A stretch of DNA of 64,000 nucleotides. It comes from an uncultured delta proteobacterium. Its GTDB lineage: Bacteria; Myxococcota_A; Polyangia; Polyangiales; Polyangiaceae. The stretch lies in contig CAWJCS010000006.1 of NCBI GenBank assembly GCA_963841435.1, forward strand, positions 992,001 to 1,056,000, in the 5' to 3' direction. The translations under genes and the position numbers were made by a program. The notes beneath the pieces were generated by a model. It was not told the DNA's origin, ran no database searches, and saw only the letters and a program-made list of their open reading frames with translations. Of the stretch, positions 60,036 to 64,000 are shown piece after piece (within the stretch, counting starts at the first letter, position 1; every line of letters starts with the position of its first letter).

Positions 60036-61199
60036 GTGCCACCCAACCGCACGCCGTTCCTCAACCGTCGCGCGGAGCCACAGTTCGTGGATGGAAACTG
60101 CGTCACTCTGCTGCGCGACGGCGCCGAAGCGTACCCGGCGATGCTCGCGGCGATTGCCGGCGCGACCGAGCAAGTGCTTTTCGAGATGTACTGGCTCGGG
60201 TCGGACAAGGCCGGCCACTCGTTCGCCGACGCCCTGATGGCGGCGGCGCGGCGCGGCGTGGAGGTCGCGCTCGTCTACGATGCGATCGGCAGCCTGGGGA
60301 TCGACGGCGCGTTCCTCGAGGAGCTGCGTCGGGCGGGTTGCTTCGTGGCGGAGTTCGGGCCGCTCGCGCCGTGGCGTCCTCGCTTTCGCTGGGAGGGGCT
60401 CGCGCGCCGCGATCACCGGAAGATCCTGATCGTCGACGGCGAGATCGGCTTCACGGGCGGTATGAACGTGGCCGACGCCTGGCTGCCCCTGGACCAGGGG
60501 GGTCAGGGCTGGCGAGACGACATGGTGCGTGTCGAGGGGCCGGCGGTGCGCGGCTTGGTGAACTGTCTGTTCGCGGCCTGGCGGCGCGCCGGGGGCCCGC
60601 CGCTCGGGCGCACGCGCCGCTCCGACTCGGGACCCCCGAAAAAGGCGGAGGATCAGCAGGTTCGCGTGCTCGGCGAGAGCTATTTTCGTTCGCGTCGGCA
60701 AATCTCCACGGCGTACCTCCAGGCGTTGCACGGTGCTTCGCGCACGGCATGGATCACCAACGCGTATTTCGTCCCCGATCGCTCCGTGCGCCACGCGCTC
60801 GTGGGCGCCGTGCGGCGCGGCGTTGACGTGCGCGTGCTCATGCCGGCAAAGAGCGACGTTGAAGTGGTGCGCTACGCGAGCCGCGGGACGTGGAGCCGGC
60901 TCCTGACGCGCGGCGTGCGGCTCTACGAATGGCTGCCGAGCGTGCTCCACGCGAAGAGTGCCGTCATCGACGGGCACTGGAGCACCGTCGGCACGTACAA
61001 CCTCGACTATCTGTCGTTGCGCTCGAACCTCGAGGTCAATGTCGCCGTGCTCGACGCTCGTTTCGGCGCCGAGATGGAGCGTTCGTTTCTGCGCGACCTC
61101 GAGCAGTCGCGCGAAGTCGATCTGGCAGGCTTCCGGCAGCGCCCGCCGCTCGACCGTGTGCTCGAGCACGTCGCCTACCGCTTTCGCAAATTCCTGTGA
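60036..61199 (+). CDS. cls: Cardiolipin synthase / phospholipase D (ClsB-like, no N-terminal TM)
   Basis: Two HKD motifs RDHRKILIVDG and LHAKSAVIDG; WRD; AYFVPD. Confidence 0.9.
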   Translation: MPPNRTPFLNRRAEPQFVDGNCVTLLRDGAEAYPAMLAAIAGATEQVLFEMYWLGSDKAGHSFADALMAAARRGVEVALVYDAIGSLGIDGAFLEELRRAGCFVAEFGPLAPWRPRFRWEGLARRDHRKILIVDGEIGFTGGMNVADAWLPLDQGGQGWRDDMVRVEGPAVRGLVNCLFAAWRRAGGPPLGRTRRSDSGPPKKAEDQQVRVLGESYFRSRRQISTAYLQALHGASRTAWITNAYFVPDRSVRHALVGAVRRGVDVRVLMPAKSDVEVVRYASRGTWSRLLTRGVRLYEWLPSVLHAKSAVIDGHWSTVGTYNLDYLSLRSNLEVNVAVLDARFGAEMERSFLRDLEQSREVDLAGFRQRPPLDRVLEHVAYRFRKFL

Positions 61200-61242
61200 G
61201 CGCCGGGCGGGACGGCGCCTCGCGCCCGGGTATACTGCCGGA

Positions 61243-62407
61243 GTGACGAATCAGGCGCCGATCGAAGTGCACACGCACGGTTCGATCCGCGAAGTGGGCG
61301 AGCACGCGTATCGCTCGCTCGTCACCGCCGAGACGCCGCCGTTCTTGCGCTTCGAGTGGCTCGACGCGCTCGAGCGCACCGGTTGCGTGACACCGGAACG
61401 CGGCTGGTTGCCGATGCACCTCACGCTGCACCGAGACGGGGAGCTCGTCGGCGTGGCACCCGCGTACGCCAAGGGCAACAGCGAAGGCGAGTTCGTGTTC
61501 GACCACGCCTGGGCTCGCTTCGCCGAGGTCGAGCTCGGCGTCAGCTACTACCCGAAGCTCATCGTCGCCGTTCCGTTCACGCCCGCGACGGGGCCGCGCC
61601 TGTTGCTCCGTGCGGGGGAGGAGCGTGCGCCCCTCGCGTCGGCGTTCGTTCATGCGCTTTCCGCCGTGACGGAGCAGGCCGGGCTCTCGGGTGCCCACGT
61701 GCTGTTCCCCCGCGAGGAGGAGGCGCGTGGCTATGCCGAAGCCGGCATGCTCGAGCGCCACGGTGTGCAATTTCATTGGCACAACGCCGGCTACGACACC
61801 TTCGACGCGTTCCTCGGGTGCTTCAACTCCAAACGGCGCAATCAGAATCCGCCGCGAACGCCGCGCCGTCGCCGAACGCGGCGTCGTGCTCGAAGCGTTC
61901 ACGGGCACGGACCTCGACCCGTCGCTCGCCGACTTCGTGTATCGCTTCTACGTCGCAACGGTTGACAAGTTCGCGTGGGGGCGCCGCTACCTGAATCGCG
62001 CCTTTTTCGAGGAGGTGCTCGCGACGATGCCCGACGCGCTACACGTCATCGTGGCGAGCGAGAGCTCGAGCAAGAAGAAGCTCGGCGGCGCCTTCAACCT
62101 GCTGGGACACGACCGGCTCTACGGTCGCTACTGGGGCGCGCTCGCCGAGGTGCCGTTTTTGCACTTCGATGTGTGCTTCTACAAGGGCATCGAGGAGGCC
62201 ATCGTGCGCCGGCTCGACGTCTTCGAGCCCGGCGCGGGCGGCGAGCACAAGGTGGCGCGCGGCTTCGAGCCCACGGTGACGTGCAGCGTGCACCACCTCG
62301 CCGACCGGCGCCTCAGGGCCGCCGTCGCCGATCACGTGCGGCGCGAGCGGCGGGCCGTCGACGAGCACGTCGATCACGCCGACTCCGTGCTCAGGCCGCT
62401 CGGCTGA
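61243..62407 (+). CDS. FemAB-like GNAT family protein (DUF482); +1 frameshift at about 61846
   Basis: PFLRFEWLDALE, SEGEFVFDHAW, YYPKL..AVPFTPATG, QFHWHN; continues in a second frame with LYGRYWG, LHFDVCFY, GAGGEHKVARGF. Confidence 0.87.
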
Positions 62408-62458
62408 GACGCGCGCTCGTGCGCGATGGGCCGGCGCGCGGGCAGCGCCCGCCTCGCA

Positions 62459-63100
62459 TCAGTCGCGGACGAGCGGCGTCGTGACGGCGAAGTGCCAGGA
62501 CAGGAACACGAGCCCCGAGGCCTCGCGGCCGCTCTCCGGCGCGTACCACCCGGCGCGCGCCTCGAGCCAGGGGCCGCTCGCCCGCGCCAAGAGCGGGACC
62601 CCGAAGCCCAGCGAAAGCTCCAAGCCGGCGTGGCTCGCGAAGTGCTCCCCGGGCGGGTCGAGCAGGAGCACACCGAGGCCGAGCGAGAGCGAATCGAGCG
62701 TCAGGTCGAGCAGGGCGGGCCCGTGCTCGGCGGCCTCGGAAAAGCGCAGCAAGAAGAGCGGCTCGAGCTCGAGCCCGAGGCCGAGTCGTCGCTCCACGGC
62801 GCGCGCGCCGAGCGACTCGGTGTATCCGAGGTACGGGCCGGCCGTCGAGTACCAGTGCGCCGCGGCGCGCAGCGAGGGGCCCGTGTCGCCGGTTGCGAAG
62901 AAGGTGCTCACGCCGACCCCCATTCCGAGATCGAGGTCGCCGTCGAAACGGCCGTAGACGCCGTCGCCCTCGACGCGATCGAGGTCGGGGTGGCGCGGCC
63001 CGCCGACGTGCGACGTCGTGTGCGTGCCGAACGCGCTTTCGTCCGAGGCGATTGCCGGCGGCGGTAGCGCCCCGAAAAAGAGCGCGGCGACGCCGATCAT
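62459..63100 (-). CDS. Hypothetical exported protein, possibly an outer-membrane beta-barrel
   Basis: Signal peptide, GDGVYGRFDGDL, alternating amphipathic strands; ATGA overlap with the upstream gene. Confidence 0.7.
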   Translation of the reverse strand: MIGVAALFFGALPPPAIASDESAFGTHTTSHVGGPRHPDLDRVEGDGVYGRFDGDLDLGMGVGVSTFFATGDTGPSLRAAAHWYSTAGPYLGYTESLGARAVERRLGLGLELEPLFLLRFSEAAEHGPALLDLTLDSLSLGLGVLLLDPPGEHFASHAGLELSLGFGVPLLARASGPWLEARAGWYAPESGREASGLVFLSWHFAVTTPLVRD

Positions 63101-64000
63101 GCGCGCACCGCGCCCAGCACGGCCTCGCGAAGCTCGGGCGCGAAAACCAGACGCACGCGCTCCATTTCCTCACCGCGCAGGCGGCCGAGTAAAAACGACG
63201 CCTCGGCGAGCGGGCGCGTGCGCTCGCCGGGCAACACGACGAGCAACGGGTCGTCGCCATCGTCGAAGGCCACCGTCGAGGCCACGTCGAGACCCACGTA
63301 GACCTGCGGGTCGAACCCGGACGTCTCGACCGCCTCGCGCGCGGCTTCGAGCGCTTCGAGCCGGCCGCGCGGCGTCTTGTGCTCACCGTGCAGCTCGAGC
63401 GTCTTGAACAGGCGCCGCCGGTGCAGCCGATCCACGAGGTCGGCGAGCACGGGGTCCTTGGCGTCTCGCCAGGCCGAAAGCGCGACCCACAACGACGGGT
63501 CGTCGAGCGCGAGGTAGTCGCCGAGCGAGGCCTTGCCGTCGCGCGCGAGCGAGATTAGGCCGGGCGGCGTTCCGGGCAGGCGTGCGCCGTCGGCGAGCAG
63601 CTGGTGGGCACGCTCGAGCACGCGCGCGAGCATCCATTCGCAGGCCCGCTCGGTCTTGTGAAAGTAAACCTGCTGGAACATGAAGAGCCGCGCGAGGAGA
63701 AACGACTCGATGGCGGGGATGCCCTTTTCCCCGTCGATCGCCAGCGGCGGCGCCTTGCTCTCGGACTCGGGGATGCCGAAGCGCAAGCTACGCAGCAGCC
63801 AGTCGAGGTCGAAGCGCCCGTAGCCGACGCCCGTCGCGTGCGCGTCGCGCAGGAGGTAGTCGCAGCGGTCGACGTCGAAGGTGCCACTCACCGCTCGCGC
63901 GAGGAACGTCAGCTCGTGCTTTCCCGCGACGAGCTGGGCGACGCGCTCGGGCAGCGCGCTGTCGATGCCGAGCAGGATCCGGTGCACGTCGGTGCTGGGG
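63097..64000 (-). CDS. HD-domain phosphohydrolase (dNTP triphosphohydrolase-like), 5' end outside the window
   Basis: SGTFDVDRCDYLLRD, GVGYG.FD, FLLARLFMFQQVYFHKT, RRRLFK. Confidence 0.88.
   Translation of the reverse strand, partial: PSTDVHRILLGIDSALPERVAQLVAGKHELTFLARAVSGTFDVDRCDYLLRDAHATGVGYGRFDLDWLLRSLRFGIPESESKAPPLAIDGEKGIPAIESFLLARLFMFQQVYFHKTERACEWMLARVLERAHQLLADGARLPGTPPGLISLARDGKASLGDYLALDDPSLWVALSAWRDAKDPVLADLVDRLHRRRLFKTLELHGEHKTPRGRLEALEAAREAVETSGFDPQVYVGLDVASTVAFDDGDDPLLVVLPGERTRPLAEASFLLGRLRGEEMERVRLVFAPELREAVLGAVRA

Overview
Gene-dense, very GC-rich bacterial chromosome segment with about 56 CDS. I saw no rRNA, tRNA, CRISPR array or transposase. The gene content (Hanks-type Ser/Thr kinase next to a TPR-PEGA protein, many Gly-rich and Cys-rich lipoproteins, a sigma-54 activator, an orphan FlhB/SctU) suggests Myxococcota, probably Polyangiales; this is inference. 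Housekeeping genes include an M16 peptidase pair, oligopeptidase A, acetoacetate-CoA ligase, plsB-mepA-DNA methyltransferase, qor/ilvE, panB-panC-tmk, E1-alpha plus lpdA, pspA and cardiolipin synthase. A 15 kb MoxR/vWA/DUF58/ABC cluster is interrupted by a 35-aa Lys-rich histone-like gene that the ORF track misses. The strongest novelty candidate is at 47.5-57.2 kb. There, an 851-aa lipoprotein carries a symmetric 8+8 cysteine hairpin: 7 outbound 11-aa repeats, a hydrophobic tip, then 7 return repeats. Its gene sits behind a -24/-12 sigma-54 promoter with three upstream TGC(A/G)-N6-TGCA boxes, and near a kinase, a TPR-PEGA protein and an atypical NtrC-like activator. Two window-wide signals stand out: -10 boxes directly in front of many start codons (leaderless-type genes), and five +1 frameshifts, three of them GATC>GAATC, most likely sequencing errors. 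Several starts were refined by hand from the ORF track and are best estimates.
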